Assembly (NCBI GenBank): GCA_963555995.3
Contig: OY821641.1
Span: 1,120,001 to 1,184,000 of the forward strand
DNA: 64,000 nt
Direction: 5' to 3'
Origin: Vicinamibacteria bacterium
GTDB taxonomy: Bacteria > Acidobacteriota > Vicinamibacteria > Marinacidobacterales > Marinacidobacteraceae
Shown piece by piece: positions 37,562 to 47,514 of the stretch. Under the pieces are notes generated by a model, which saw only the letters and a list, made by a program, of their open reading frames with translations, had not been told where the DNA came from and did no database searches. The number at the start of each line of letters is the position of its first letter. Within the stretch, counting starts at the first letter, position 1. The position numbers and the translations under genes were made by a program.

Positions 37562-39626
37562 CGCGAGCCCTCCGGGCGGCGTCCGCCATGGCCTCGACCG
37601 GCGCCGGCCGGCCGGTCCAGCGCTCGAAGGCGGCGGCCGCCTGCAGGATGAGCATGCGGAGTCCGGGGACGGTCCGTTTCCCCATCCCGGCCGCCTTCCG
37701 GAGGAGCGGGGTCCGCTCGGGGTGGAACACCAGGTCGAAGATCACCTCGTGGGCGGCGATCGCGGCGTCGGGGGCGGGGCAGCCGTCGTGGTCGGGCGCC
37801 ATCCCGACCGGGGTGGTGTTGATCAGGATGTCCCCCTCGATCCGTTCCAGCGCGGCGCGCGGGGCGTGCCCCACTCCCATTTCGCCGGCGAGCGCCGCCG
37901 CCTTCCGGTCGTCCCGCGAGACCACCACCGCGTCCGCGCCGCTCCGGGCCAGACCGTGGAGGACGGCCCGCGCCGAGCCGCCCGCCCCGAGCACGGTGGC
38001 GCGCCGGCCGGGCAGCGCGACCGCTTCCTCGAGCGAGCGGACGGCGCCCGTCCAGTCGGTGTTGGCGCCCCCGAGTCCGCCGTGCATCGGGATGATGGTA
38101 TTCACCGCGCCGATCCGGCGCGCGTCGTCGTCGAGCGAATCGAGCAGCGGCAGGACGGCGCGCTTGTGGGGAATCGTCACGTTCAGCCCGCCCACCCCGC
38201 TGAGGCGCGCCGCCGTCAGGAAGTCCGCGAGTTCCGCCGGGGGAACGGCGAACGCGAGGTAGGCGGCCTCGATGCCCAGCCGCCGGAAGGCCGCCTCGTG
38301 CATCGGGGGACTGAGGCTCTGCCCGATCGGATTTCCCACGACGCCGTAGACCGGGACGGGCGCGGCAAGCCGGCGTCCCCAGCGGCGGTGGCGCGAACGG
38401 GTTTCCTGCGCCGTGAGCTGCCCGCGGGCGACCGCGGGCAGCCCTTCCGGCGGCGCATAGCTGGCGAGCGCGGCGCCGGCCGAACCCGCGATGACCCTGA
38501 GCGCCCTCCCCGCCGCCCCCATGGCGATCCCGATGAAGGGGACGTCTTCGGAACCCTGACTCCGGATCAGCGAATGGACCCGCTGCACGTCGCCCCAGCC
38601 GGCAGCGGAGACCGCCACCTTGGCGATGGCCGGTTGCATCGAGGCCATCCGGCCCGGAAGCGCTTCGAGGTCCGGCGGTACGCCGTCCGGATCGTGGAAC
38701 GACGCGACCAGCCGGGCATCCGGCGCGGTCCGGCGCAGCCGGCGGGCGGCGGCGCCGCCGCTCTCCCGGAACGCCTCGAACTCGAGGTCCAGGTAGGCCG
38801 CGCCGAGCCGTCCCGCCTCGCCCAGGAGGCGGAGGCGCTCGTCCTCGCTTCCGGCGAAGCGGCCGCCCTCGCTCCCCCGCCGGACGGTTGCGATCATCCG
38901 CGCAAGGAGCGACCCCGGAAGGTCCGCAAAGATCCGGCCGAGCTCGGCCGTCCCGGGGGTTTCGAGACCGTCGAGCCGCAGCTCGATCAGATCCAGCGGC
39001 CCGCTCGCCGCGTCCGCGGTGGCGAGCCCCGCGCGCACTTCGGATGCGGCGCCGCCGGTCACGACCAGGGCGAGAGGAGGGCCGAAATGGGCGGCCAGCA
39101 GCGTCTCGACCGCTTCCGCGATCGCCTCCCGGTCCGAGGCGGTGCTCCAGGCGTCCGCTTCCGCAGCTTCCCGGTAGAGCGGGGTACGGCGTTCCAGCAC
39201 GAGCGCCACTTCCTCGGCGGGGGGGACTCCCCCCACCAGCGCCGGGCGGCGCTTCGCGTGTTTCGGACGGGAGAGCCTCTCCCGAAGTACCGCCGCCGGG
39301 GCCCGGACCCAGTACACGGTTCCGAGTTCCCGCAGCCGCGAGAGGTTTTGCGGCGTCTCGACAATTCCCCCGCCGCAGTCCACGATGAGCTGCTCGCCAG
39401 TGAGCCCCCGGAGGACCGCGCTCTCTTCTTCCCGGAATCGCTCCCAGCCGAATTGCGCGACGAACTCCGGGATCGGGCCGACGCGGGTCTCCAGCAGTTC
39501 GTCGGTGCTGACCCGTGTCCAGCCGGTCCGCTTCGCGAGCCGCCGGGAGGCGCGGCTTTTCCCCGACGCGCGGGCGCCGATCAGGACGACGTTCGGGAAA
39601 CGGACGGCCGGGCCGGACGGGGTCAT
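37551..39626 (-). CDS. Trifunctional shikimate kinase / type I 3-dehydroquinate dehydratase / shikimate dehydrogenase (AroK-AroD-AroE)
   Basis: [17 protein letters not shown] (kinase); [21 protein letters not shown] (type I DHQase); [27 protein letters not shown] (SDH). Confidence 0.93.
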   Translation of the reverse strand: MTPSGPAVRFPNVVLIGARASGKSRASRRLAKRTGWTRVSTDELLETRVGPIPEFVAQFGWERFREEESAVLRGLTGEQLIVDCGGGIVETPQNLSRLRELGTVYWVRAPAAVLRERLSRPKHAKRRPALVGGVPPAEEVALVLERRTPLYREAAEADAWSTASDREAIAEAVETLLAAHFGPPLALVVTGGAASEVRAGLATADAASGPLDLIELRLDGLETPGTAELGRIFADLPGSLLARMIATVRRGSEGGRFAGSEDERLRLLGEAGRLGAAYLDLEFEAFRESGGAAARRLRRTAPDARLVASFHDPDGVPPDLEALPGRMASMQPAIAKVAVSAAGWGDVQRVHSLIRSQGSEDVPFIGIAMGAAGRALRVIAGSAGAALASYAPPEGLPAVARGQLTAQETRSRHRRWGRRLAAPVPVYGVVGNPIGQSLSPPMHEAAFRRLGIEAAYLAFAVPPAELADFLTAARLSGVGGLNVTIPHKRAVLPLLDSLDDDARRIGAVNTIIPMHGGLGGANTDWTGAVRSLEEAVALPGRRATVLGAGGSARAVLHGLARSGADAVVVSRDDRKAAALAGEMGVGHAPRAALERIEGDILINTTPVGMAPDHDGCPAPDAAIAAHEVIFDLVFHPERTPLLRKAAGMGKRTVPGLRMLILQAAAAFERWTGRPAPVEAMADAARRARDAR

Positions 39627-39627
39627 C

Positions 39628-39810
39628 AACAGTCTGTGGAGAAAGTGACGCGGGCACCGAGAGCGGCGAGGCGCCCGGCTGACGAGGCGCGCGAGGGAGG
39701 AATACCGAGTGTATTCCGACCGAAACGCAACGATGAGGGCCGCGTAGCGGCGCGTTTCAGCCGGGATGGATCGCCGCTCGAATGCCGGGTGACTTTTTTC
39801 ACAGGCTGTT
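39628..39810. mobile_element. MITE-like element (family 2)
   Basis: Imperfect TIRs AACAGTCTGTGGAGAAAGT / ACTTTTTTCACAGGCTGTT; internal GGAATACCGAGTGTATTCC hairpin shared with the 54.9-55.2 kb element; no transposase. Confidence 0.75.
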
Positions 39811-41137
39811 AGGTGTTCTCCCCGCCGGACACCCGGACCCCGAGTCGGGCCAGCGCGCCCCAGAACCCCGGGAACGACTTGGCCACCACCTCGGGAGTCC
39901 GGACCCGGACGCCCGGAACGCGGAGTCCGGTAAGCGCCGCCGCCATCGCGATCCGGTGGTCGCCGTGCGCATCGAGAGCCGCCGCCCGGAGGGACGCCCC
40001 GCCCGCCGGCGGTTCGATGACGAGGCCGTCGTCCGTCGCGGCCGCCCGCGCGCCGAGACGCCTGAGCCCGTCCGCGAGGGCGGCGATCCGGTCGCTCTCC
40101 TTGTGCCGCAGGTGCCCGATTCCCTGAATCCGGGTGGCCCCCTCCGCGAACGCCGCGACCGCCGCCAGCGTCGGCGCGGCGTCGGGCATCGAGCGCATGT
40201 CCGCCGAGACGCCGCGGAGGCGGGCAGGGCCGGTGACCGTCACCCGCACCCCTTCCTCCGACGCGGCTTCCGAGACCTCGCAGCCCATGCGGCGGAGGAC
40301 CTCCGGGAAGCGGCGTTCGCCCTGCGGCGACTCCGGGTCGAGGCCGTCCACCGAGACGCGGCCCGGCGCCAGGGCGGCCGCCGCGAGGAAGTAGCCGGCC
40401 GAGGTCCAGTCTCCCGAGATCCGGTGGTCGCCCGGCCGGTAGCGCGCCCCGGCCGTCACCCGGTACCGGCCCGGTCCGGGCCGCTCGACCTTCACGCCGC
40501 AGCGGGCCATCACGCTCACGGTCAGGTCGAGATAGGAGGCCGACACCGGATCGCCTTCCAGCTCGACCGCGACCGCCCCGGCGGCGCGGGGGGCGGCGAG
40601 GAGCAGGCCGCTCGCGAACTGGCTGCTCTCGGTAGCCGGGACGGAGGCGGCGCCGCCGTCCAGCCGGCCCGAGCGGACCGTGAGCGGCGCGAAACCCCCG
40701 GTGGTCTCGATGTCCGCGCCGAGCGCGCCGAGCGCCGCCACCAGGCCCGCGACCGGCCGCTCCCGGATCCGTCCGGCCCCGGTGATGGTGATGGATCCCG
40801 GCACGGTGGCCGCCGCCGCGGTGAGAAAGCGCAGCAGCGTCCCCGATTCGCCGACCGAGACCTGCGTGGGGCTTCCGGGATCGGAAGGGGACGCCGGACT
40901 CGCGTGGCCGGGGACCCCCCGCACCTCGACGCGGTCCCCGCGACGGGCCGCACGGCCGCCCAGCGCGCCGACCGCCGCGATGGCGGCCCGGATGTCTTCC
41001 CCCTCCGGCAGGCCCGCGAGGCGGGTCGTCCCCTCGGTGAGGGCGGCGGCGATCAGGAACCGGTTCGCCTCGTACTTGCTGCCGGGGACCCGGACCGCGG
41101 CGTCGAGCGGCGCCGGCCCGGGGGCGATCTCGATCAA
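39809..41137 (-). CDS. aroA: EPSP synthase
   Basis: VPGSK, VGESGTLLRF, SSQFASGLL, GDWTSA, LRHKESDRI, HGDHRIAMA, KSFPGF; TTG start overlaps the aroB stop. Confidence 0.96.
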   Translation of the reverse strand: MIEIAPGPAPLDAAVRVPGSKYEANRFLIAAALTEGTTRLAGLPEGEDIRAAIAAVGALGGRAARRGDRVEVRGVPGHASPASPSDPGSPTQVSVGESGTLLRFLTAAAATVPGSITITGAGRIRERPVAGLVAALGALGADIETTGGFAPLTVRSGRLDGGAASVPATESSQFASGLLLAAPRAAGAVAVELEGDPVSASYLDLTVSVMARCGVKVERPGPGRYRVTAGARYRPGDHRISGDWTSAGYFLAAAALAPGRVSVDGLDPESPQGERRFPEVLRRMGCEVSEAASEEGVRVTVTGPARLRGVSADMRSMPDAAPTLAAVAAFAEGATRIQGIGHLRHKESDRIAALADGLRRLGARAAATDDGLVIEPPAGGASLRAAALDAHGDHRIAMAAALTGLRVPGVRVRTPEVVAKSFPGFWGALARLGVRVSGGENT

Positions 41138-42243
41138 AGCCCGATCGCGCGGAGCCCCGCGTCCACGATCTCGGCGGGCAGGGGGAACGAATACGCGAGC
41201 CGTCCCCGGTCGTCCCGGTCGCGGACCCGGCCGATGTCCTCCAGCAGCACGAAGCGCGGCTCGCCGCCGCGCGCCTTCTTGTCGCTCCTCAGCGCCGCCA
41301 GGACGCGCCCGCGTTCCACCCCGTCCGGCGCCCGGACCGGAAGCCCGAGGGAGGCGATCAGCGAGTGCAGGCGATCTTCGGCCGCGGGCGCGAGGCGTCC
41401 CGCGCGGCGCGCCATCCGGCTCTCCGCGATCATGCCGACCGCCACCGCGGCGCCGTGCGCCAGGAGGTAGTCCGTCGCGCTCTCGAGGCCGTGTCCGATG
41501 GTGTGGCCGAAGTTGAGCACCTCGCGCAGCCCGCTCTCCCGTTCGTCGGCGGACACGACGGCGGCTTTGATCCGCACCGCGGCGGCGATGAGCCGGGTTA
41601 GCGGCCCGGACTCGCGGGCCTTCACGGCCCCGATGTCCTTCTCCAGGCGCGAGAAGAGTTCCGGATCGCTGGTGGCGGCCATCTTGAGCGCCTCGGCGAC
41701 GCCGTTCAGGAACTCCGGCTCGGGCAGGGTCTCGAGGAAGCGCGTGTCGGCGAAGACGGCGGTGGGCTGGCGGATCGCCCCGATGAGGTTCTTGCCGTGC
41801 GGCGTGTTGATCCCGGTCTTGCCGCCCACGGAGGCGTCCACCGCCGCGAGCAGGGTGGTGGGGATCGCCACGAACGGGACCCCGCGGAGGTAGGTGGCGG
41901 CCACGAAACCCGCGAGGTCGGTGACCACGCCGCCGCCGAACCCGACGAGCACGGTGTCGCGGCCCAGCCGGCGGGACAGCAGCTCGTCTTCGAGGCGCGC
42001 TTTCTCCGCCCGGGTCTTCGACGCCTCGCCGGACGGCACTTCGAGGACGATGGTTTCCCGGGGCAACGCGTCGCGCAGCCGGTCTCCGTGATGCCGGAGC
42101 GCCGCGGCGTCGCCGATTACCGCGACGCGGCGCCCCGCGTCGTGTTCTTCGAGAAACGCCGGAAGGCCGTCCAGCGCGCCATCCCCGACGGCGATCTCGT
42201 AGGAAACGTCCTGTCCCGGCGTCTCCACCGGAACCCGCAGCAT
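41134..42243 (-). CDS. aroB: 3-dehydroquinate synthase
   Basis: GEASKT, GGGVVTDLAGF, PTTLLA.VDASVGGKT, LNFGHTIGH. Confidence 0.97.
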   Translation of the reverse strand: MLRVPVETPGQDVSYEIAVGDGALDGLPAFLEEHDAGRRVAVIGDAAALRHHGDRLRDALPRETIVLEVPSGEASKTRAEKARLEDELLSRRLGRDTVLVGFGGGVVTDLAGFVAATYLRGVPFVAIPTTLLAAVDASVGGKTGINTPHGKNLIGAIRQPTAVFADTRFLETLPEPEFLNGVAEALKMAATSDPELFSRLEKDIGAVKARESGPLTRLIAAAVRIKAAVVSADERESGLREVLNFGHTIGHGLESATDYLLAHGAAVAVGMIAESRMARRAGRLAPAAEDRLHSLIASLGLPVRAPDGVERGRVLAALRSDKKARGGEPRFVLLEDIGRVRDRDDRGRLAYSFPLPAEIVDAGLRAIGL

Positions 42244-43310
42244 CAGGTGGCGGGCGCCGCTCGATGCCGCAGCACACGCCTCCCGACGGCCATCCCCACC
42301 TTCCGCAGGTCATCCATGAGGTTCATGAACTGATGCGGATAGAGCGACTGGTCGCCGTCGCTGAGCGCCACCGCGGGATTGGGATGCACCTCGACGATGA
42401 GTCCGTCGGCGCCGGCCGCGACCGCCGCCAGTGACAGTGCCGGAACCAGCGTCTTGTTCCCGGCGGCGTGGCTCGGGTCGGCAATGACCGGGAGGTGGGT
42501 TTCCTGCTTCAGTACTGCGATCGCCCCCACGTCGAGGGTGTTGCGGTAGGCCGTCTCGAACGAGCGGATCCCGCGTTCGCAGAGGATGACGTTCGGGTTC
42601 CCCTGGAGGATGTACTCGGTGGCCAGCAGGAACTCGCGGATGGTGTTCGAGGCGCCGCGCTTCAGGATCACCGGCGTCTGGACGCGGGCCATCTCCTTGA
42701 GGAGGTCGAAGTTCTGCATGTTGCGGGCGCCGATCCGCACCACGTCCACGAGTTCGGCGGCGATCTCCACGTCCCGGACGTCCATCACCTCGGTCTCGAC
42801 CAGCATGCCGGTGCGCTGCCGGATGCGGTTCAGGATGTGAAGGCCGTCCACTCCGAGTCCCTGGAAGGAATACGGCGAGGTGCGCGGCTTGAACGCCGAG
42901 GCGCGCATGATCTCCAGCCCGATGTCCCGGAGCATCAGAGCCGCCGTGGTGCCCTGCTCCTCGCTCTCGAGGGCGCAGGGCCCCCCGATGACCACCAGGT
43001 CCTCGCTGCCGAGCTGCTGACTTCCGATGGGGATGCGGGTGTTCGACTTGCGATGGGTCTTGTTCGCGAGCTTGTAGGGCTTGGCGAGACCGTAGACCTG
43101 CTGGACGCCGGGCTGGGTGCGCCAGGAGGCCTCCGTTTCCTGCGAGAGGTTGCCGAACACATGAATCTGGTTCCGGACCTCGCCGGGATGGAGCGCCCAC
43201 TCGAGGGCCTTTTCCTCGATCAGGTGGGTCAGGTGGTCGATTTCCTGCCGCGTCGCCCATGGATGCAGGATGAGCACCATGGTCGCGAAGTCGGGAGAGC
43301 GTTTGGTCAT
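42243..43310 (-). CDS. aroF: DAHP synthase, type I-beta with N-terminal regulatory domain
   Basis: GGPC, FKPRTSPYSFQG, IGARNMQNF, LCERGIR, DPSH, EVHP. Confidence 0.96.
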   Translation of the reverse strand: MTKRSPDFATMVLILHPWATRQEIDHLTHLIEEKALEWALHPGEVRNQIHVFGNLSQETEASWRTQPGVQQVYGLAKPYKLANKTHRKSNTRIPIGSQQLGSEDLVVIGGPCALESEEQGTTAALMLRDIGLEIMRASAFKPRTSPYSFQGLGVDGLHILNRIRQRTGMLVETEVMDVRDVEIAAELVDVVRIGARNMQNFDLLKEMARVQTPVILKRGASNTIREFLLATEYILQGNPNVILCERGIRSFETAYRNTLDVGAIAVLKQETHLPVIADPSHAAGNKTLVPALSLAAVAAGADGLIVEVHPNPAVALSDGDQSLYPHQFMNLMDDLRKVGMAVGRRVLRHRAAPAT

Positions 43311-43870
43311 GTCAGGTGGAGAAAGTTCTGGAGCAGTTGACGCCCCGCGGGGGTGAGAATGGATTCGGGATGGAACTGCACGCCCCAGAGCGGCGCGCTC
43401 CGGTGCCGCAGTCCCATGACCTCCTGGTCGTCGGAGCGAGCGGTCACCTCAAGCTCACTCGGGAGCGGCTCGTCGGCGACCAGCGAGTGATAGCGGGTGG
43501 CCTCGAAGGGATTTTCCAGCCCCGCGAACAGTTCCTCGCCATTATGGCGCACGGAGGAGGTCTTGCCGTGGACCAGGTGGTGCGCGCGCCGGATCCGGCC
43601 GCCGAGCGCCTGAACCACGGATTGGTGGCCGAGGCACACCCCCAGGATGGGGGTTTCGCCGGCGAGTTCCCGTACGAGGTCCACCGAGATGCCCGCTTTT
43701 TCGGGGGAACAGGGACCCGGGGAGATGACCACCCGCTCGGGCTTCCGTTCCCGGACCTCCCCCGGAGTCAGCGCATCGTTGCGAAACACCTCGGGCCGCG
43801 CCCCCAGTTCGCCCAGCAGTTGTACCAAGTTGAAAGTAAAGGAGTCGTAGTTATCGAGGACGAAAGTCAT
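43307..43870 (-). CDS. trpG: Anthranilate synthase component II (glutamine amidotransferase, TrpG/PabA)
   Basis: DNYDSFTFNL, SPGP, GVCLGHQ, RYHSL, QFHPES. Confidence 0.93.
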   Translation of the reverse strand: MTFVLDNYDSFTFNLVQLLGELGARPEVFRNDALTPGEVRERKPERVVISPGPCSPEKAGISVDLVRELAGETPILGVCLGHQSVVQALGGRIRRAHHLVHGKTSSVRHNGEELFAGLENPFEATRYHSLVADEPLPSELEVTARSDDQEVMGLRHRSAPLWGVQFHPESILTPAGRQLLQNFLHLT

Positions 43871-43884
43871 GACGGATCGTCCTG

Positions 43885-44082
43885 CACCCGTTCGCGGCGC
43901 GTAGCGCCGCGGGGGTGGGGTGTGGGGAGGGGTTTCCCCTCCCCGCGAGAAAACGATGGGGCGCATCGCGGAGCGAAGCGCCCCATCGGCCCGGGGGGAA
44001 AGCGCCCCGCACTCCGACCACGTGGCAGCCTCGGTGTGTTCCCTGCGCGGCGTCCGGTGCGGGGCGGTTTCCGCTCGGGCTT
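43885..44082. mobile_element. MITE-like palindromic element related to 54688-54900
   Basis: GGGGAGGGGTTTCCCCTCCCC hairpin and AAAGCGCCCCGCAC..GTGCGGGGCGGTTT inverted arms; the same modules occur inverted at 54.7-54.9 kb. Confidence 0.65.
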
Positions 44083-44111
44083 GAAGTCGAGGACGAAGGT
44101 CATGGAGGCCG

Positions 44112-45602
44112 TCAGTCCAGGCCTTCGTGGGCCATGCGGAGGGCGGCGAGCACGGCGTCCGCCTTCCGGCAGCTCTCGTCGTACTCGGCGGCGGGATCGG
44201 AGTCCGCCACCACGCCGCCCCCGGCCTGGAAGTAGCCGACGCCGTCCTTGGCGATCAGGGTGCGGATCGCGATGGCGGTGTCGGAAGCGCCGCTGTACGA
44301 GAAGTAGCCCACCGCGCCGCCGTAGATGCCGCGGCGTTCCGTTTCCAGTTCGTCAATGATCTCCATGGCGCGGATCTTGGGGGCGCCGGAGAGCGTTCCG
44401 GCCGGGAAGGTGGCGCGGAGCGCGTCGAAGGCGTCCAGCTCGGCGCCGAGCTGTCCCCGCACCCGGGACACGATGTGCATCACGTGCGAGTACCGCTCGA
44501 TGCTCATGAAGTCCTCGACTTCGACTTGGCCGTAGCCGGCCACCCGCCCGACGTCGTTGCGGGCCAGGTCCACGAGCATCACGTGCTCGGCGCGCTCCTT
44601 CTCGTCGGCGAGCAGTTCGGCCCCGAGCGCCGCGTCTTCCTCGGGGGTACGGCCGCGAGGCCGGGTGCCCGCGATCGGACGGGTCTCGATCACCCCGTCC
44701 TCGGTCCGGGTCATCATCTCGGGCGACGCGCCGGCCACCACCAGCCCGTCGAAGTCGATGTAGTACATGTAGGGCGAGGGGTTCACCACCCGGAGCGCCC
44801 GGTAGAAGTCGAAGGGGTGGACGGTGAGCGGCGTCTCGAAGCGCTGGGAGGGCACGACCTGGATGATGTCCCCGGCGGCCACGTAGTCCTTGGCCCGGCG
44901 CACCATTTCGAGGTAGCGGTCCCGGCTCGTGTTGGAAGCCGGTTCGGGGAACGGCCCCGCGTCGCCTCCGGGCAGTCCCAGCCGATAGGGAAGCGGGGCG
45001 CGGATCTCCCGCACCGTCGCCTCGATCTGCGCCTCGGCGGCGTCGTAGGCCTGGTCGGCGAGGCTCGGGTCCGGAACGCTGGCGTTCGCCACCACCTGGA
45101 TCACGTTGCGGGCGCGGTCGAAGCCGAGCACGCTGTCGGTCAGCAGGAACATGGCGTCGGGAATGCCGAGCGAATCGTCCACGCTGTCCGGGAGGCGCTC
45201 GAAACGCCGTACCGCGTCGTAGGACAGATAGCCGACGAAGCCGCCGTGGAAGGGCGGCAGGCCCTCGACGTGCGCCGGGCGCACCTCGGCGAGCATGTCC
45301 CGCAGGGCCGACAGGGGGTCGGCGCTATCGCTGGTCTCGACGCGGCCGTCCTGCAGGTAACGGCGCCGGACCTCGTCGCCGCGGCTCTCGACGATGAGGC
45401 GCGGCTTCGACCCCAGGAACGAATACCTCGCCACGCTCTCGCCGCCCTCGACCGACTCCATCAGGAACGCCGGACCGCGATTCCCCACCCGGAGGAACGT
45501 GGAGACCGGGGTATCGCAGTCGGCGAGGATGTCCCGCCGGACGGGGATCAGGTTCGACTGCCGAGCGAGCGCGCGGAAGTCGGAGCGGGAAGGAAGCAGC
45601 AA
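44112..45602 (-). CDS. trpE: Anthranilate synthase component I
   Basis: FLMESVEGGE..RYSF, NPSPYMY, RPIAGT, KERAEHVMLVDLARND, FPAGTLSGAPK. Confidence 0.92.
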   Translation of the reverse strand: MLLPSRSDFRALARQSNLIPVRRDILADCDTPVSTFLRVGNRGPAFLMESVEGGESVARYSFLGSKPRLIVESRGDEVRRRYLQDGRVETSDSADPLSALRDMLAEVRPAHVEGLPPFHGGFVGYLSYDAVRRFERLPDSVDDSLGIPDAMFLLTDSVLGFDRARNVIQVVANASVPDPSLADQAYDAAEAQIEATVREIRAPLPYRLGLPGGDAGPFPEPASNTSRDRYLEMVRRAKDYVAAGDIIQVVPSQRFETPLTVHPFDFYRALRVVNPSPYMYYIDFDGLVVAGASPEMMTRTEDGVIETRPIAGTRPRGRTPEEDAALGAELLADEKERAEHVMLVDLARNDVGRVAGYGQVEVEDFMSIERYSHVMHIVSRVRGQLGAELDAFDALRATFPAGTLSGAPKIRAMEIIDELETERRGIYGGAVGYFSYSGASDTAIAIRTLIAKDGVGYFQAGGGVVADSDPAAEYDESCRKADAVLAALRMAHEGLD

Positions 45603-45692
45603 GGGTCCACCACGGATGGCGGGGCCATCTTAGTCGGGCGGCCGGCCGTTTCCGGCCGTGCGGGTCAAGCTGGCCGCACCGCCCGCGGGCCG

Positions 45693-47447
45693 TCAGGTCC
45701 GGGCGGAGGCGAGGGCGTCCACCCGGACCGCCACCACGTCGGTGTCGTGGTACTGCTGGTGCCGCACCGACGAGGCGTAGTGGCGGAGCAGCCGCAGCGG
45801 CAGCTCCTCTTCGCTCGGGGTGCCGGCGGCCCCTTCGGTCAGCATCGCCATCCGGTCCTCGAGATTCGCGTCCTCCATCGCCGCGATGAACTCGAGTTCC
45901 GCGCGGCCGGCGTCTCCTTCGGCGATGAGGAGCAGCCGTCGTTCCCCCCGCGCCTCCCCGGCGTCCCGGAGCAGCACGTGGAGGGTCTCCTCGCCGACGG
46001 CCCGGAGCTGGCGCACGGTGCGTTCGTCCCAGCGACGGTCGGCGGCGAGTCGCGAGAGGACCGCGTCCACCTCGGCGAAGGCGTCCTCGTTGAGGGCGGT
46101 CCGGAGCCGCAGGCGGCGCTTTCGTCCGAACTCGGCGACCAGGTTCAGGAACACCACCATGAAGCCGCCCACGGTCATGCCGTTTCCGAGCAGGTCGCTC
46201 CACGACCCCTGGAAGTATTCGGGGAAGATCCAGCCGAACTTGAACGCGACGCCGATCCAGAAAGCCAGTCCGACCACGAGGCTCCGGCGGGAGTCGAGGC
46301 CGTCCTGGAGGATGATCCTGACGCCCAGGACGAAGAGCAGGGCGACCAGGATCAGGTAGTACGCGGCGACCGTCGGTCCGGGAATCGCGATGATCGCGGC
46401 CACGAACTTCGGCAGCACGGCGAACAGCGCGAAGAGGACGCCCACGGCGATTCCCACCGAACGGGCGGCGATGCCGGTCAGCTCGGCGACCGCGACGCTG
46501 TTCCCGTAGGTGGTGTTCGGCACCGTGCCGGCGACGCCCGCCAGCAGGTTGCCGACTCCGTCGGCGTTCAGGGCGCCCTGGATGGACCGGAAATCGATCG
46601 CCCGCGGTTTCCTCCAGGAGACCCGCTGGATCGCGATTGCGTCGCCGAGGGTGTCCATGGCCCCGACGAGCGTCACGAGCACGAAGGCGGGAAGCAGCGC
46701 CCAGAACGTGGGGCCGAAGCTGAGATCGAGCCCCGGATACGCGAACGCCGGAAGCCCCACCCACGCAGCGGCCGCGATCCCCGAGGTGTCGTAGATGCCG
46801 AAAACCACGCCGCCCACCACGCATCCCGCGACGATGCCGACGGCCGGCGCCCACACCCGCCAGGCGCCGAAGGAACGGAGCGCAATACCGGCCGTGACCA
46901 GCAGGGTTACGGCGGCGACAACCGGGGCCGCGGCGGCCGAGGCGCCATCCGGTACGTCGGTGAGCTTGCGAATGATCAGCGGGGCCACGTCCACCGGGAT
47001 GAGCATCAGCACGGTCCCCGCGACCGTCGGCGTGAAGATGCGCCGCAGGAGAGACATCTTGGCCGCCAGCGCGAACTGGAACAGGGCCGCGACGATGATC
47101 AGGGTCCCGAGGAGTCCGGGGCCGCCCCGTTCGAGCGCGGAGACGCAGATGGCCAGGAACGCCGAAGAGGTGCCCATGACCAGGATGTACCCCGCCCCGA
47201 TGCGTCCCACCCGCCGGGCCTGGATCGCGGTGGTGATGCCGCTGATCAGCAGCGCCGCGCAGACGGCCCAGGAGAGATAGGCGTCGCTGCCCCCGGCGAT
47301 GCTGATCATGATGGTCGGCGCCAGCACCACGCTGGCCACCGAGATCAGCGCGTACTGGAGCCCGAGCCCGATGGTGATCGGCAGCGGGGGCCGGTCGTCG
47401 GCTTCGTAGCGAACGTGCTGCTCGGCGGGAGCCGCACCCGAATCCAT
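45693..47447 (-). CDS. NCS2 (xanthine/uracil permease-like) protein with C-terminal degenerate HATPase/RsbW-like domain
   Basis: GLGLQY, SGITTAIQ, IGAG..VMGTS, FTPTVAG, ELTG, PKF; soluble ~135-aa tail ending LPLRLLRHYASSVRHQQYHD. Confidence 0.8.
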   Translation of the reverse strand: MDSGAAPAEQHVRYEADDRPPLPITIGLGLQYALISVASVVLAPTIMISIAGGSDAYLSWAVCAALLISGITTAIQARRVGRIGAGYILVMGTSSAFLAICVSALERGGPGLLGTLIIVAALFQFALAAKMSLLRRIFTPTVAGTVLMLIPVDVAPLIIRKLTDVPDGASAAAAPVVAAVTLLVTAGIALRSFGAWRVWAPAVGIVAGCVVGGVVFGIYDTSGIAAAAWVGLPAFAYPGLDLSFGPTFWALLPAFVLVTLVGAMDTLGDAIAIQRVSWRKPRAIDFRSIQGALNADGVGNLLAGVAGTVPNTTYGNSVAVAELTGIAARSVGIAVGVLFALFAVLPKFVAAIIAIPGPTVAAYYLILVALLFVLGVRIILQDGLDSRRSLVVGLAFWIGVAFKFGWIFPEYFQGSWSDLLGNGMTVGGFMVVFLNLVAEFGRKRRLRLRTALNEDAFAEVDAVLSRLAADRRWDERTVRQLRAVGEETLHVLLRDAGEARGERRLLLIAEGDAGRAELEFIAAMEDANLEDRMAMLTEGAAGTPSEEELPLRLLRHYASSVRHQQYHDTDVVAVRVDALASART

Positions 47448-47514
47448 ACTCACGCGTGGTCCGTATCGAGTGTACCGGGACGCGCCGGACGCCCAGGCTC
47501 CTAAACTTCGGGAC

